A stretch of 64,000 nucleotides of DNA, from the NCBI RefSeq assembly GCF_035299325.1, contig NZ_DATGWT010000041.1:28709-92708 (forward strand), given 5' to 3'. Made by a program: the position numbers and the translations under genes. Below the pieces are notes generated by a model. It was not told the DNA's origin. It saw only the letters and a program-made list of their open reading frames with translations, and did no database searches. Below, in pieces: positions 43,812 to 54,030 of the stretch. This stretch comes from Lacibacter sp. (GTDB taxonomy: Bacteria; Bacteroidota; Bacteroidia; Chitinophagales; Chitinophagaceae). Each line of letters opens with the position of its first letter. The stretch's first letter is position 1.

Positions 43812-45617
43812 TCAGAAAAAATTCACATAACCAAAGTGAATTTTACTTTGTCGCAGGTTTAAAGGTGAATCATCTCTTTTACCTGCTGCAAAAGCAATAT
43901 TGAAAATGCCCGCCTTTGTTTCAAACGCCATACCCAAACCTGAACCGATAAAACTGTTACTGGTATTGGCAAACTGGCTGTTGTTACGCACCAATCCCCC
44001 ATCGGCAAATGCATAGATATAACTGTTGAGGCCGATAAGAATGCGGTACTCAGCTGTTGCCACAGCGTAAGCTGATGCAAAAATGCTTTCTTCATCAAAC
44101 CCACGTAACAAACGGAAACCACCCAATTGATACAACTCGTTCCGGAAAATGCGGGGGCTTTGGATCATCCCTGCATTGATCGCTGTTTTAAAGGCTGCAT
44201 TCTTACCGGCTTTTAAATAATTAGCAACACTTGCCCGCAAGCGAAACGTATATGCTCTAGTTCCAACTGAATCATAAAGCGATTGATAATTGAAGCCCGG
44301 ATCATTTGGATTTTTCAACGAGGATATATTATTGTTGGGTCTGATCTTTCGAATACCTGCCGAACCGGTAAACTTCATATCAAATCCTTTACGTGGATTG
44401 AAACGGTAATCGGTAGTAAACCACTCGTATTCTAAACCAATATTTGAAGTTGTTTGATCGATCTGATCAGGCAATCGTTTGCTGATGCGGATTGCATTTG
44501 TATCAACTGTAAGCAGGTTGGAGATGGATTGTTGGTAGAATATTTTACCACTCCTGTTTCCGCCAAATGCATATTGCACGCCCAGCTGTAAGTTGATATT
44601 CAGAAAGCTGCTGTCTTTCTTCAAACCATCAAACGAAACATCCACACCAAATGGTGAACCGAATAGAAACGGTTGCAGGTAGCCCATTTGCAAACGTGGC
44701 GATTGCACCTGTATCTGTTGAAACACGATGGTTAATGCTTCACCTAAACCAAATCCATTCTTCAGGTTCAAATTAAAATCACCCGTTACTAATAATTTGC
44801 TACCACCTAACTGATCATTTGATGGAAGGAAACCTATGATACCATTGATCTGGCTGCTCTTTCTTTCTTTCAAATAAAGATTTACAATAGAACCTGTGCC
44901 TAAAAAACTCATGTTCCATTTTTGTTCTTCGAGGAGATACGGCAGTTGCAATAAACGTGGACTGATGTTGAGCAGTTTCTGTTTTTGGTAAATCGAGGCA
45001 TCCTGTATCTCAAGATAACGTTGCAGGAAACGGTTACTGATCTTCACGTCGCCATACACACGAATGCTGTCGATCTTATACAACGGACCTTTATCAATTT
45101 TCAATATTGCGGTGATGCCTTCCTGTTGCAGATTGAAACTATCAAGATATACATTAGCAAAAGGATAACCCGTGTTCTCCAGTTTATCAAGCAACCTTGT
45201 TTGCAATAATTGCACAGCTGCAAAATCGAGAGGTTGCTGTTTGAAATTTTTATCACGGTAACCGGCAGCATTCAACAGATCCTGTGGCACGGCTGATGTA
45301 TTGAGTAATGCCCAACGGTATGTTTGGCCAAGGAATAGCAATACTTCCGCTTTTGTTGAATCCATTTGTACCGAATCAACCGAAGCGGTGATATATCCTT
45401 TCTTCTGTAACAGTTTGGGCAATTCAAAAATGTATTGGCTGCATGCTCCCTTATCATCAAATTCTTTTACTAACCCAATAGATGAAGAAACGTCAACCGT
45501 ATCAGCAAAACGATAAAGCAATTGATATTTTTTTTGCGCATGTGCAGGCAACACAAAAAACCAGCAACAGGCTGCAAGAAAAATGGCTTTGTAAAATGCT
45601 GAACGGATTTGAAGCAC
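43812..45617 (-). CDS. BamA/Omp85-family outer-membrane protein (POTRA + surface-antigen barrel)
   Basis: It has a signal peptide (FLAACCWFFVLPAHAQ), POTRA-like N-terminal repeats, and a C-terminal barrel ending in ...IHFGYVNFF. Confidence 0.6.
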   Translation of the reverse strand: MLQIRSAFYKAIFLAACCWFFVLPAHAQKKYQLLYRFADTVDVSSSIGLVKEFDDKGACSQYIFELPKLLQKKGYITASVDSVQMDSTKAEVLLFLGQTYRWALLNTSAVPQDLLNAAGYRDKNFKQQPLDFAAVQLLQTRLLDKLENTGYPFANVYLDSFNLQQEGITAILKIDKGPLYKIDSIRVYGDVKISNRFLQRYLEIQDASIYQKQKLLNISPRLLQLPYLLEEQKWNMSFLGTGSIVNLYLKERKSSQINGIIGFLPSNDQLGGSKLLVTGDFNLNLKNGFGLGEALTIVFQQIQVQSPRLQMGYLQPFLFGSPFGVDVSFDGLKKDSSFLNINLQLGVQYAFGGNRSGKIFYQQSISNLLTVDTNAIRISKRLPDQIDQTTSNIGLEYEWFTTDYRFNPRKGFDMKFTGSAGIRKIRPNNNISSLKNPNDPGFNYQSLYDSVGTRAYTFRLRASVANYLKAGKNAAFKTAINAGMIQSPRIFRNELYQLGGFRLLRGFDEESIFASAYAVATAEYRILIGLNSYIYAFADGGLVRNNSQFANTSNSFIGSGLGMAFETKAGIFNIAFAAGKRDDSPLNLRQSKIHFGYVNFF

Positions 45618-45662
45618 GAACGGTTAGTTTTGCAGTTTCGAAATTAAGGTATCAGTTTGAGG

Positions 45663-45737
45663 ATGGCAGGTATTTATATTCATATTCCGTTTTGCAGGCA
45701 GGTTTATCTGCCGGAAAATAAAATCACATTACAGTAA
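45663..45737 (+). other. 24-codon upstream ORF created by duplication of the hemW 5' end
   Basis: atggcaggtatttatattcatattccgttttgcaggcagg (45663-45702) repeats atggctggcatttacattcatataccgttttgcaggcagg (45743-45782). It encodes MAGIYIHIPFCRQ+VYLPENKITLQ and stops 5 nt before the hemW ATG. Confidence 0.6.
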
Positions 45738-45742
45738 AATCA

Positions 45743-46873
45743 ATGGCTGGCATTTACATTCATATACCGTTTTGCAGGCAGGCATGTAATTACTGTAATT
45801 TTCATTTCAGTACAAGTCTGCATTATAAGAACGATTTTGTTGCTGCTTTATTGAAAGAGATCGAATTACAGGCAAAAGCCGGCTATCTGCAAGGCCAGAC
45901 TATTGAAACAATTTACTTCGGAGGAGGCACACCCAGCATTCTGCAGATCGACGAGTTAGAACAGATCATGCAACAATTGCATCAGCATTTTTGCATTGAC
46001 CCATACGCTGAGATCACCTTAGAAGCAAACCCAGATGATGTAAATGATGAAAAGTTGAAAGGTTGGAAACAACTCGGCATTAATCGTCTCAGCATCGGTA
46101 TTCAATCGTTGTTTGAAGAAGATTTGCGCTGGATGGACCGGGCGCATACTGCCGATGAGGCAAAACAAGTAATAGCAAAAGCAAGAGCAGCCGGCTTCGA
46201 TACTTTCACAGTTGATCTTATTTATGGTACTCCCGGATTATCCGATGAGAAATGGCTGTATAATCTAAACTGGGTGTTGCAGCAAAACATCAATCACATT
46301 TCCTGTTATGCATTAACGGTTGAAGAAAAAACTCCGCTGGATAAACAGATACGTCAGCATCAAAAACAGGATGTTGATCCGGAACAACAAAGCCGCCAGT
46401 TTTTACTGTTGATGGATCATCTGCAACAGGCAGGATTTGAACATTATGAAATTTCCAATTTTGCAAAACCCGGTTATCGTAGTAAACACAACAGCAGTTA
46501 TTGGAAGGGCGTGCATTACCTGGGTTTGGGGCCATCGGCCCATTCATTTAACGGCAGCAGCAGGCAATGGAATGTGGCCAACAATCAACTTTATATACAA
46601 TTGCTGAAACAGGAAACAATTTCATTTGAAAAGGAAGAACTAACGGCAACCCAACAGCTGAATGAATACATCATGACCGGCTTACGGCTTATGGAAGGTT
46701 GCGATCTTAACTATATCAGCCAAAAATTTGGCAGCGACAAATCAGCTCAACTGCAAACAGAAGCTGCTTCTTATGCAAGCAAAGGTTTGCTGATGATTAC
46801 AAACAATCATCTCATTCTTACGAAGGAAGGAAAACTCTTTGCCGACAGTATCGCTTCCGACCTGTTCTTCTAA
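45743..46873 (+). CDS. hemW: radical SAM heme chaperone / oxygen-independent coproporphyrinogen oxidase-like protein
   Basis: It has the CxxxCxxC motif IYIHIPFCRQACNYCNF, then GGGTPS, and the HemN C-terminal-like domain size (376 aa). Confidence 0.8.
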   Translation: MAGIYIHIPFCRQACNYCNFHFSTSLHYKNDFVAALLKEIELQAKAGYLQGQTIETIYFGGGTPSILQIDELEQIMQQLHQHFCIDPYAEITLEANPDDVNDEKLKGWKQLGINRLSIGIQSLFEEDLRWMDRAHTADEAKQVIAKARAAGFDTFTVDLIYGTPGLSDEKWLYNLNWVLQQNINHISCYALTVEEKTPLDKQIRQHQKQDVDPEQQSRQFLLLMDHLQQAGFEHYEISNFAKPGYRSKHNSSYWKGVHYLGLGPSAHSFNGSSRQWNVANNQLYIQLLKQETISFEKEELTATQQLNEYIMTGLRLMEGCDLNYISQKFGSDKSAQLQTEAASYASKGLLMITNNHLILTKEGKLFADSIASDLFF

Positions 46874-46954
46874 AAACCTGCTTTACATTTTCAAGTCTTT
46901 TTTGTAAATTAGAATGCAAGCGTTTTCGGGTTGCTGCCACCAAAATTGCACCTC

Positions 46955-47683
46955 ATGCTCGAGCCTACTATTGATTTTACAAACATGCCTTACTGGCATT
47001 TGTTTGGCATAAAGATATTGGAGCCATTTACGGTTCTTACAAATCTCTTTATTGCTGCGGCCTGCTTTTATGCTTACCGTAATCTTCAGGTAAAAGGATT
47101 AACACAAACTGTTCCTCATCGTTTAATGAAGTTGTTCTTTTTGCTGATGGGCATCTCTACAATTATTGGTGGAGTGATAGGTCATGCTTTATTGTATAAA
47201 ACCGGCATGTATGGAAAAATTCCCGGTTGGTACATTGGTATGGCAGCAGTGGCTGTGTTTGAACGGGCTACAATTATTCATAGCCGCCCTTTGATGAATA
47301 AAAATATCGGGCAGTTTTTTTCCTGGTTTAATTATGCGGAGATACTTACGTTCATGATACTTTCATTGATCACACTCCGCTTCACATTTGTGATCATGCA
47401 TGCCATGTATGGATTACTGGCGGTTGTTTTTTCTTTTGAATTATATGTTTACAGCAAAACAAAAGACCCGGCATTAAAACATATTTTCTATGCAACTGCA
47501 TGGGGGTTTGTTGCCTTGCTTTGCCATGCTTATCAGCTAAGCATTCATTATTGGTTTAATTACAATGATGTGAGCCATTTGGCCATGATCGCTGCTATTC
47601 TGCACTATCACAAAGCCGCAGTTGGAATGCAGATAGAAATTAAAAAAGAAGAAATGATTCCGGTAAGATTAGAAAACAGTTAA
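46955..47683 (+). CDS. seven-TM membrane protein, unknown function
   Basis: It has seven hydrophobic helices. The first ATG in frame is at 46955; the track ORF begins at an upstream TTG. Confidence 0.5.
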   Translation: MLEPTIDFTNMPYWHLFGIKILEPFTVLTNLFIAAACFYAYRNLQVKGLTQTVPHRLMKLFFLLMGISTIIGGVIGHALLYKTGMYGKIPGWYIGMAAVAVFERATIIHSRPLMNKNIGQFFSWFNYAEILTFMILSLITLRFTFVIMHAMYGLLAVVFSFELYVYSKTKDPALKHIFYATAWGFVALLCHAYQLSIHYWFNYNDVSHLAMIAAILHYHKAAVGMQIEIKKEEMIPVRLENS

Positions 47684-47867
47684 TCCGAAGACGTTTTTGC
47701 ACGCCTGTTGCTCACAATGTGCTGCACAATACCAACTGCCAACATCAGCAGAAGTGCCCAGGGACCAAAACCTGTGAAAGAGAAAGGCATTGTTTTTTGT
47801 TTGTATAAAGTTACAACATGTTCGTGTGCTCATTCCTTCCGGAAAAAAATTTAACAGAATCCATCTC

Positions 47868-48296
47868 TTAATGAATTAGCTCCGTAACTCTAGTCCCAAA
47901 AATCTCACCCCCTGTTAAACAAATAGCTATTGTTGGTCCCATCAATAATAGAAATAACGGTAGTGCCACTGACAATAGATAGAGTAAAAATCGGCTAATA
48001 CGATAACTCTTATATTGCTCAACAAATTGTAGCATTTTCTTTTCTTTAAATAGTTTCCGATGAATAAACTTCCGACCTACCGTAAAAATTAGAATTGAAA
48101 AGAGTATTATAATAAGTAGTTGAATAGGCCTGCTATCATTATTCGTATAAGTCCTGATAAGCTCCCATATTGGAATAAATAATGAAAAAAACAAACACTG
48201 CATTACAAAAGTCACATAAAGCACAATTCTCTCATCCGGGTCCCATGTATTAACCCGTTTATATTCTTGATATAGCTTAGTAAAAACGAAAAGCAT
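47868..48296 (-). CDS. membrane protein, unknown function
   Basis: The 142-aa ORF has three to four hydrophobic helices. The region is AT-rich. Confidence 0.45.
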   Translation of the reverse strand: MLFVFTKLYQEYKRVNTWDPDERIVLYVTFVMQCLFFSLFIPIWELIRTYTNNDSRPIQLLIIILFSILIFTVGRKFIHRKLFKEKKMLQFVEQYKSYRISRFLLYLLSVALPLFLLLMGPTIAICLTGGEIFGTRVTELIH

Positions 48297-48385
48297 CTGA
48301 TTCTAAGAATGATTTATTAAGCCCAAGGCTGAAAATTAAGGAAGAGCACGAAAACTGTCTAGACAACTTTCATTTGGGCACACAG

Positions 48386-49462
48386 TTAAATCAACACCTG
48401 TTCTAACTGTTCAAACGCTTCAGCCGGCTGCACATCCTCCCACAAAATTTTATAGATAGCTGTGGCAATGGGCATATCAGCGCCCAGTTCTTTATTGATG
48501 AGATAAAAACATTTGCTGGCGTTATAACCTTCTGCCACCATATTCATTTCAAGCTGGGCAGCTTTTACACTAAACCCTTTGCCGATCATGTTTCCAAACG
48601 TACGGTTACGACTGTACAATGAATAACAGGTTACCAGCAGATCGCCCATATACACACTCGCTGCATAGTTGGCCGATTTTCGTAACGATGTTTTCATCAG
48701 CTGCACTCCGGGAATGGGCTCTTTGTGCACACCCACTTCCATATTACGGATACCCACTTTGCGTAAAAAGCCTGCCATTTCATCGGCAGCATTTGCAATA
48801 AGCACACTCAGGAAATTATCACCATACTCAAGCCCATGTGCAATACCACTGCCCAATGCATAAATATTTTTTAAGATGGCAGCAAACTGCACACCATACA
48901 CATCATCATTGATTACGGTATTTATATAATGATTACGGAATTGATCTGCGATCCACTGTGTAGTAGTTTGATCAAGACCGGTAAACGTGAGGTAAGATAA
49001 TTTCTCCGATGCCACTTCTTCTGCATGACAGGGACCCATGATCGTGTAATAATCCTTCGGATCAAAACCAAAATCATTCTTCAGGTAATCGTTGAGCAGA
49101 ATATTACGGTTAGGCATAATGCCTTTTATGGCTGAAATGATCTGCTTCCCTTCAAAAATATCTTTGGGTAATTTATCGAGCACTTCTTCTGTGTAAGCGG
49201 AAGGAATGGCAAGTATCAGGTAATCTGATTGTTCAATTGTTTCCGTCAGATTTGTCGTTAACGTGAGTAAAGAGGTATTAAACGTTGCAGATCGGAGATA
49301 GCTTGGGTTATGCCCATGCTTTTTTATCTGATCAATAATGTTTTGATTCCGCACACACCAATTCAGGCGCACCCCGTTACCATTAAGGATCTTCGCAAGA
49401 GCAGTGGCAAAACTGCCACTCCCGATAATTGCAAACTGCTGATTAAGTTCTTCCTGTTTCAA
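48386..49462 (-). CDS. gpsA: NAD(P)H-dependent glycerol-3-phosphate dehydrogenase
   Basis: It has the N-terminal dinucleotide fold FAIIGSGSFATALAKIL, plus GPCHAEEVA, KNIYALGSGIAHGL and SRNRTFGNMIGKG, all typical of GpsA. Confidence 0.85.
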   Translation of the reverse strand: MKQEELNQQFAIIGSGSFATALAKILNGNGVRLNWCVRNQNIIDQIKKHGHNPSYLRSATFNTSLLTLTTNLTETIEQSDYLILAIPSAYTEEVLDKLPKDIFEGKQIISAIKGIMPNRNILLNDYLKNDFGFDPKDYYTIMGPCHAEEVASEKLSYLTFTGLDQTTTQWIADQFRNHYINTVINDDVYGVQFAAILKNIYALGSGIAHGLEYGDNFLSVLIANAADEMAGFLRKVGIRNMEVGVHKEPIPGVQLMKTSLRKSANYAASVYMGDLLVTCYSLYSRNRTFGNMIGKGFSVKAAQLEMNMVAEGYNASKCFYLINKELGADMPIATAIYKILWEDVQPAEAFEQLEQVLI

Positions 49463-49480
49463 ACAATTAGTTTCAGAACA

Positions 49481-49515
49481 TCTAAAATAAAAGAATCCCG
49501 CCTGATGGCGGGATT
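49481..49515 (-). terminator. rho-independent terminator after the efflux adaptor gene
   Basis: On the minus strand, AATCCCGCC-atca-GGCGGGATT is followed by cTTTTATTTT. It lies 22 nt past the stop at 49537. Confidence 0.6.
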
Positions 49516-49536
49516 TTGCTATTCTTTTTTTACGAT

Positions 49537-50919
49537 TTATTTTTCGTCGTACACTTTATCCTTTGGCACCACTGTTACTTTCATACCATCTTTTAATGTT
49601 TTACTGATGGTATTATAAGGTGCACTCACTACTTCGTCACCTTCTTTCAATCCACTCATCACTTCAATGTATTCGTTATCCTGGATATTTGTGCGGATGG
49701 CGACTTTCTTTACAGTTCCGTCTTTCTGCACAATAAACACCACTTCTTCCATCTCATCTGTCATCACAGCATTGTTCGTTGGCACTTCCTGTCCCTGTGC
49801 TTTCTTCTTATCTGCTTCCTCTTTTGCTTTTGCTTTCGATCCCTGTTCATTCTTATCACGGGTGGTAACTGCAAGAATTGGTACGGCTAATACATTCACC
49901 TGTGTAGTGGTCATAATATCAGCACTTGCGCTCATACCCGGACGGAACGGAAGATTCTTTCCTTTAGCCGGATCGATGAGATCAGCATAAGAAGAAGGAT
50001 CAATACGGATATACACTTTATAGTTTGTTACATCACCTGATGCAGCTGCAGCGCCGGTTGCCTGAGCCGATGTGCTGCTGCTTGATATCTGCGTAACCAC
50101 ACCTTTGAATTTGCGATCGTTATAAGCATCTACTTCCACAATAGCACTGTCACCGATTTTTACTTTCGGAATGTCATTTTCACCAACATCAACACGCACT
50201 TCAATCCTGCTCATATCTGCAACACGCATGATTTCTGTACCTAAGCTGAAACTGTTACCAGCTACACGTTCGCCTTTTTTTACGGCCAATAAAGAAACAA
50301 TACCATCCATTGGAGCAACAACCGTTGTACGGGAAAGATTTTTATTAGCTGCCGTTAAACTTGCCTGGGCACTTTGCACACTTGCTTTACCACTGCGAAT
50401 AGTTTGTTTGGCAGCATCAAGATCAGCTCTTGCAGTTAAATAAGCACTTTCAGCCTGTTCAAACTCCTGACGTGAGATCACCTTTTCATCAAATAATTTT
50501 TTCTGTCGGTCGTATGCAAGTTTTGCCTGGTTCAACCTTGCTTCAAACGAACGGAGCGATGCTTCGGTATTTCCCACCTGTGCCTGCTGCTGGTTAACAA
50601 TAGATGCAGCCCGGTCTCTGTCTGAAGTCAATACATCGGCAAAAACCTTTGCCAGCACCTGACCCTTTCGTACACTGTCACCTTCTTCCACATACATATC
50701 CACTACCTCACCGCTTACATCGGAGCTTACCTTTCGCTCATCTTCAGGATACACTTTACCGCTTGCGTTTACTGTTTCAATAATGGTTCGCTTCGTGATC
50801 TTTTCAGTAGCCACTCTCGTTGCTTCCTTTTTACCGATCACTTCTTTTTTCTTCAGGATGATAAGGGTCGCTGCTACCACCAAGAGGATACCAATGATCC
50901 ACCAGATTTTCTTATTCAT
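49537..50919 (-). CDS. efflux transporter periplasmic adaptor subunit (HlyD/MacA-like)
   Basis: It has an N-terminal anchor, a lipoyl-like motif (VSSDVSGEVVDMYVEEGDSVRKGQVLAKV), a long coiled-coil hairpin and beta-barrel domains. Confidence 0.85.
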   Translation of the reverse strand: MNKKIWWIIGILLVVAATLIILKKKEVIGKKEATRVATEKITKRTIIETVNASGKVYPEDERKVSSDVSGEVVDMYVEEGDSVRKGQVLAKVFADVLTSDRDRAASIVNQQQAQVGNTEASLRSFEARLNQAKLAYDRQKKLFDEKVISRQEFEQAESAYLTARADLDAAKQTIRSGKASVQSAQASLTAANKNLSRTTVVAPMDGIVSLLAVKKGERVAGNSFSLGTEIMRVADMSRIEVRVDVGENDIPKVKIGDSAIVEVDAYNDRKFKGVVTQISSSSTSAQATGAAAASGDVTNYKVYIRIDPSSYADLIDPAKGKNLPFRPGMSASADIMTTTQVNVLAVPILAVTTRDKNEQGSKAKAKEEADKKKAQGQEVPTNNAVMTDEMEEVVFIVQKDGTVKKVAIRTNIQDNEYIEVMSGLKEGDEVVSAPYNTISKTLKDGMKVTVVPKDKVYDEK

Positions 50920-50955
50920 ATTCAGTTGTTGTTCCTTTGTTGATTAGATAAGTGC

Positions 50956-52398
50956 TTATAATCTTAAGCCAAGACCTTTATAAAACTCCAGTACTTTCAT
51001 GCGAAAAACATAGTCGAACTGGTTAGAAATTTTTTCAAGCCTTGCCCTGAATAAATTGTTTTGATTAGTTATCAGGTCAATAGAACGTAACAAACCCGCA
51101 TCGTATCGCTTTCTTGAAAGTTCGTAAGAATACTCTGCTGTTTGAACACTTTTTATAGATGCCTGGTAGCGTTGAAAAGCAGCAGTTGCATCATTATAAG
51201 CCTGATAAATGTTTTGCTTCAATGTTTGGTTATCGTTGTTTACCTGCAATTGCTGGCTTTGATAATTCAGTTTACTACGCTGCCATGCAGTGCGTGCCTG
51301 TCCGCCATTAAAGATCGGAACCGTTAAACTGATTCCCACTGACTGCCGGAAGTTGAAATCGAGTTGACGAACAAAATCTGCTTTTTGCGAACCCGAAGGA
51401 ATAAATGTTTGTGTAAATACATCAGGATTCTGAGCAGAACCTAATGAGGTAAATCCAATTGGAATGGTAACAGGAATATTCGCCCCTTTTGGAAGATTCT
51501 TTAACGCACTGGAATAAGCCGAATTCACATTTGCAAATGCACCAATACTCGGGTACATATTTCCTCTTGCAGCCTTTTGAAATTTCTCCAGTGATTGCAA
51601 ACGAAGCTTATTTACCCTTTGCAAGGGCATATTGGCGAGTGCAAGTTGATAAACCGGCTCAGGCTGTAATTCAGCAAATGTTTCAACAGGTATTTTGTCA
51701 ACCGGTGGTGTATCCAATTCGATGGCAATCGCCGGATCCAGATTCATCCAGATCTTCAGATTAAGTAAATTGGTTTGATAAGCGGTAACTGCAGCAATAT
51801 AAGTACTGCTGTCCCTCGCTAATTGTGCTTCAAGTTCTGCTGCATTCAATTCAGGTAAACTTCCGGCATCAACTAATTTTCTTGTATTGAGTAACTGCTC
51901 TTTTGTTTGGTTAATCTGTACGCTGGTGATATTTACCTGCTCTCTTGAAAGCAGTGCCTGCAAATAAGCCCCTGCAACATTCAATGAAATATCGTTCTTC
52001 CAGCGCTCAACAGTTGCTTCCTGTGCTTTTGCTTCAAGTTCATTACCCAGTATGGTATTTTTCTGTGAATTGAAATTGAATAAGGTTACACTGCTTGAGA
52101 GGCCAAATTGTGAAAAAGTGATTTGTTGATTTGTAAACCCGTTGGTTGCGGGGTCGATGGACCGGCCAAACTGGAAACCATTACTGTTCTGAAAATTAGC
52201 GCTGGGCCACCTTTGCAGCTTACTTTGATTTAGTGTAAGCTGGCTGATCTTTGCCTGCACATCAGCCTGTTTAATGTTAAGGTTATTGGCCACTGCATAT
52301 TCAACGCAACGGCGAAGATCCCATTTTTCCTGGGCCTGAATTTGTGTTACGGCGAGCAACAGGGATGATAAGAGAGTAAGCAGGATAAATTTTTTCAT
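50956..52398 (-). CDS. TolC-family outer-membrane efflux protein
   Basis: It has a signal peptide, the motif DLRRCVEYAVANNLNIKQA, a duplicated coiled-coil/barrel repeat, and a size of 480 aa. Confidence 0.85.
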   Translation of the reverse strand: MKKFILLTLLSSLLLAVTQIQAQEKWDLRRCVEYAVANNLNIKQADVQAKISQLTLNQSKLQRWPSANFQNSNGFQFGRSIDPATNGFTNQQITFSQFGLSSSVTLFNFNSQKNTILGNELEAKAQEATVERWKNDISLNVAGAYLQALLSREQVNITSVQINQTKEQLLNTRKLVDAGSLPELNAAELEAQLARDSSTYIAAVTAYQTNLLNLKIWMNLDPAIAIELDTPPVDKIPVETFAELQPEPVYQLALANMPLQRVNKLRLQSLEKFQKAARGNMYPSIGAFANVNSAYSSALKNLPKGANIPVTIPIGFTSLGSAQNPDVFTQTFIPSGSQKADFVRQLDFNFRQSVGISLTVPIFNGGQARTAWQRSKLNYQSQQLQVNNDNQTLKQNIYQAYNDATAAFQRYQASIKSVQTAEYSYELSRKRYDAGLLRSIDLITNQNNLFRARLEKISNQFDYVFRMKVLEFYKGLGLRL

Positions 52399-52501
52399 AA
52401 ATAACTATAGTGACAATATAATGACATTTGGGGCACGAATTTATTCTTTTTTGACAAGCGGGAAACTGCTTATTCTGATTTTCGGCCCTAAATTAAAGCC
52501 T

Positions 52502-53671
52502 TCATTTTAACCCTGACTGTTCAAATGCCTGATTCAGGTCAGTAATCAGGTAGTTTGCATCTTCCAAACCCACATACAACCGCATCATTTGGTGCTCTGG
52601 ATTAGCAGCGTCAAATTCATGATCCTGCAACCCGGCGCATTTCGGCAACAGCAAACTCTCATGCCCACCCCAGCTTACTGCCATCTGTATATGTTGCAGA
52701 CTTTCGCAAAAAGTTACAATCTGCTGCCTGTTTTCTGCACCTACATAAAAAGAAAATAACCCCGGCGCCTCTTTCATTTGTTGCTTAGCCAGTTGGTACT
52801 GCGGGAAACTCTCATCAAACGGATAAAGGATGCGTTTTACTGCCGGGTGCGCTTTTACAAAAGCAACCACATCTTGTGTTGTACGGTTAATGCGTTCCAG
52901 TCTTGTTGGCAGGGTACGTAACCCACGTATCAACAGCCAGGCGTTAAAAGGTTGAATGCCGCTGCCGATATTGAGGTACTCACTGTCGAAGATCTTTTTC
53001 ATCATGGCATGTGTGCCACTTAACACGCCGCCCAATGTATCACTATGCCCGCCGATATACTTGGTGGCCGTTTGCATGGCCAGATCAATACCCATCTCAA
53101 TCGGTTTTTGATAAAGCGGCGTGCAATAACTATTATCAATTAAAGTGATGATGTTATGCTCTTTTGCATAAGCAGCAATAGCAGGTATATCCTGTAGGGC
53201 AAAATCCCAACTGTTAGGGCTTTCGAGATAATAAAAGCTAGTGTTTGGATTAGTTGCGTTGAAATAATCATGCGCATCTCTTCCATCAACATACGTGGTA
53301 CTAACACCAAAACGTGGAAGGATTACATCGAACAACCTTTGCACCCAGGTGTAGGGCTTGTTTACACTTACAATATGATCGCCGGCTTTTACATTCGCAA
53401 GCACACCTGCAAAGATGGCTGCTGCTCCATTGTTGAACACAAGACAATCTTCCGCTCCATCCAATGCAGCTAGCTTTTTGCGTAGGATATCAACCGTTGG
53501 GTTTAAACCACGACTGTAGAGATAAGTACTCATCTCATCTGCAAATGCAGCACGCAATTCATCTACTTTATTAAAACGAAAATTACTTGTCTGAATAATG
53601 GGTGGTGCAATGGCATTGAAATAATGCTCACGGTCTTCACCCAGTTCGTTGAGGATATATGAAATGTCCAT
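52502..53671 (-). CDS. Cys/Met-metabolism PLP-dependent enzyme (cystathionine lyase/synthase or methionine gamma-lyase family)
   Basis: It has the PLP-lysine motif TKYIGGHSDTLGG and a size and overall pattern typical of the trans-sulfuration family. Confidence 0.8.
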   Translation of the reverse strand: MDISYILNELGEDREHYFNAIAPPIIQTSNFRFNKVDELRAAFADEMSTYLYSRGLNPTVDILRKKLAALDGAEDCLVFNNGAAAIFAGVLANVKAGDHIVSVNKPYTWVQRLFDVILPRFGVSTTYVDGRDAHDYFNATNPNTSFYYLESPNSWDFALQDIPAIAAYAKEHNIITLIDNSYCTPLYQKPIEMGIDLAMQTATKYIGGHSDTLGGVLSGTHAMMKKIFDSEYLNIGSGIQPFNAWLLIRGLRTLPTRLERINRTTQDVVAFVKAHPAVKRILYPFDESFPQYQLAKQQMKEAPGLFSFYVGAENRQQIVTFCESLQHIQMAVSWGGHESLLLPKCAGLQDHEFDAANPEHQMMRLYVGLEDANYLITDLNQAFEQSGLK

Positions 53672-53678
53672 ATAAATA

Positions 53679-54026
53679 TTATGCGCCGGTTATAAATCCA
53701 ATATGATTACCGAATGGATCTTCTACAATTGCTACTTCTATTGCGCCACCAACATTGTGTGCAGGGTCGATAATGGTTGCACCCAGTGACACTGCTTTTT
53801 CTACAGCTGCTTGCATATCGTCAACAGCCCAATAAGCTGTACTGTGATTGCCTGTTTGTGTTTTACTCATATCAGGATCAAGTCCTAATTCAAACCCATT
53901 GATATCAAAGCCTACATAAAACACTTCATCAAAATAAGGCTCTTTACCTGTAAGCGAAGTGTACCAGTTTTTTGCAGCGGCAAGATCATTGGTATGATAA
54001 ATAACGGTGCGGAGTTTCTGCAGCAT
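53679..54026 (-). CDS. VOC/glyoxalase-family protein
   Basis: The 115-aa protein has a pattern like the beta-alpha-beta-beta-beta module and ends in EDPFGNHIGF, typical of VOC proteins. Confidence 0.6.
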   Translation of the reverse strand: MLQKLRTVIYHTNDLAAAKNWYTSLTGKEPYFDEVFYVGFDINGFELGLDPDMSKTQTGNHSTAYWAVDDMQAAVEKAVSLGATIIDPAHNVGGAIEVAIVEDPFGNHIGFITGA

Positions 54027-54030
54027 AAGA

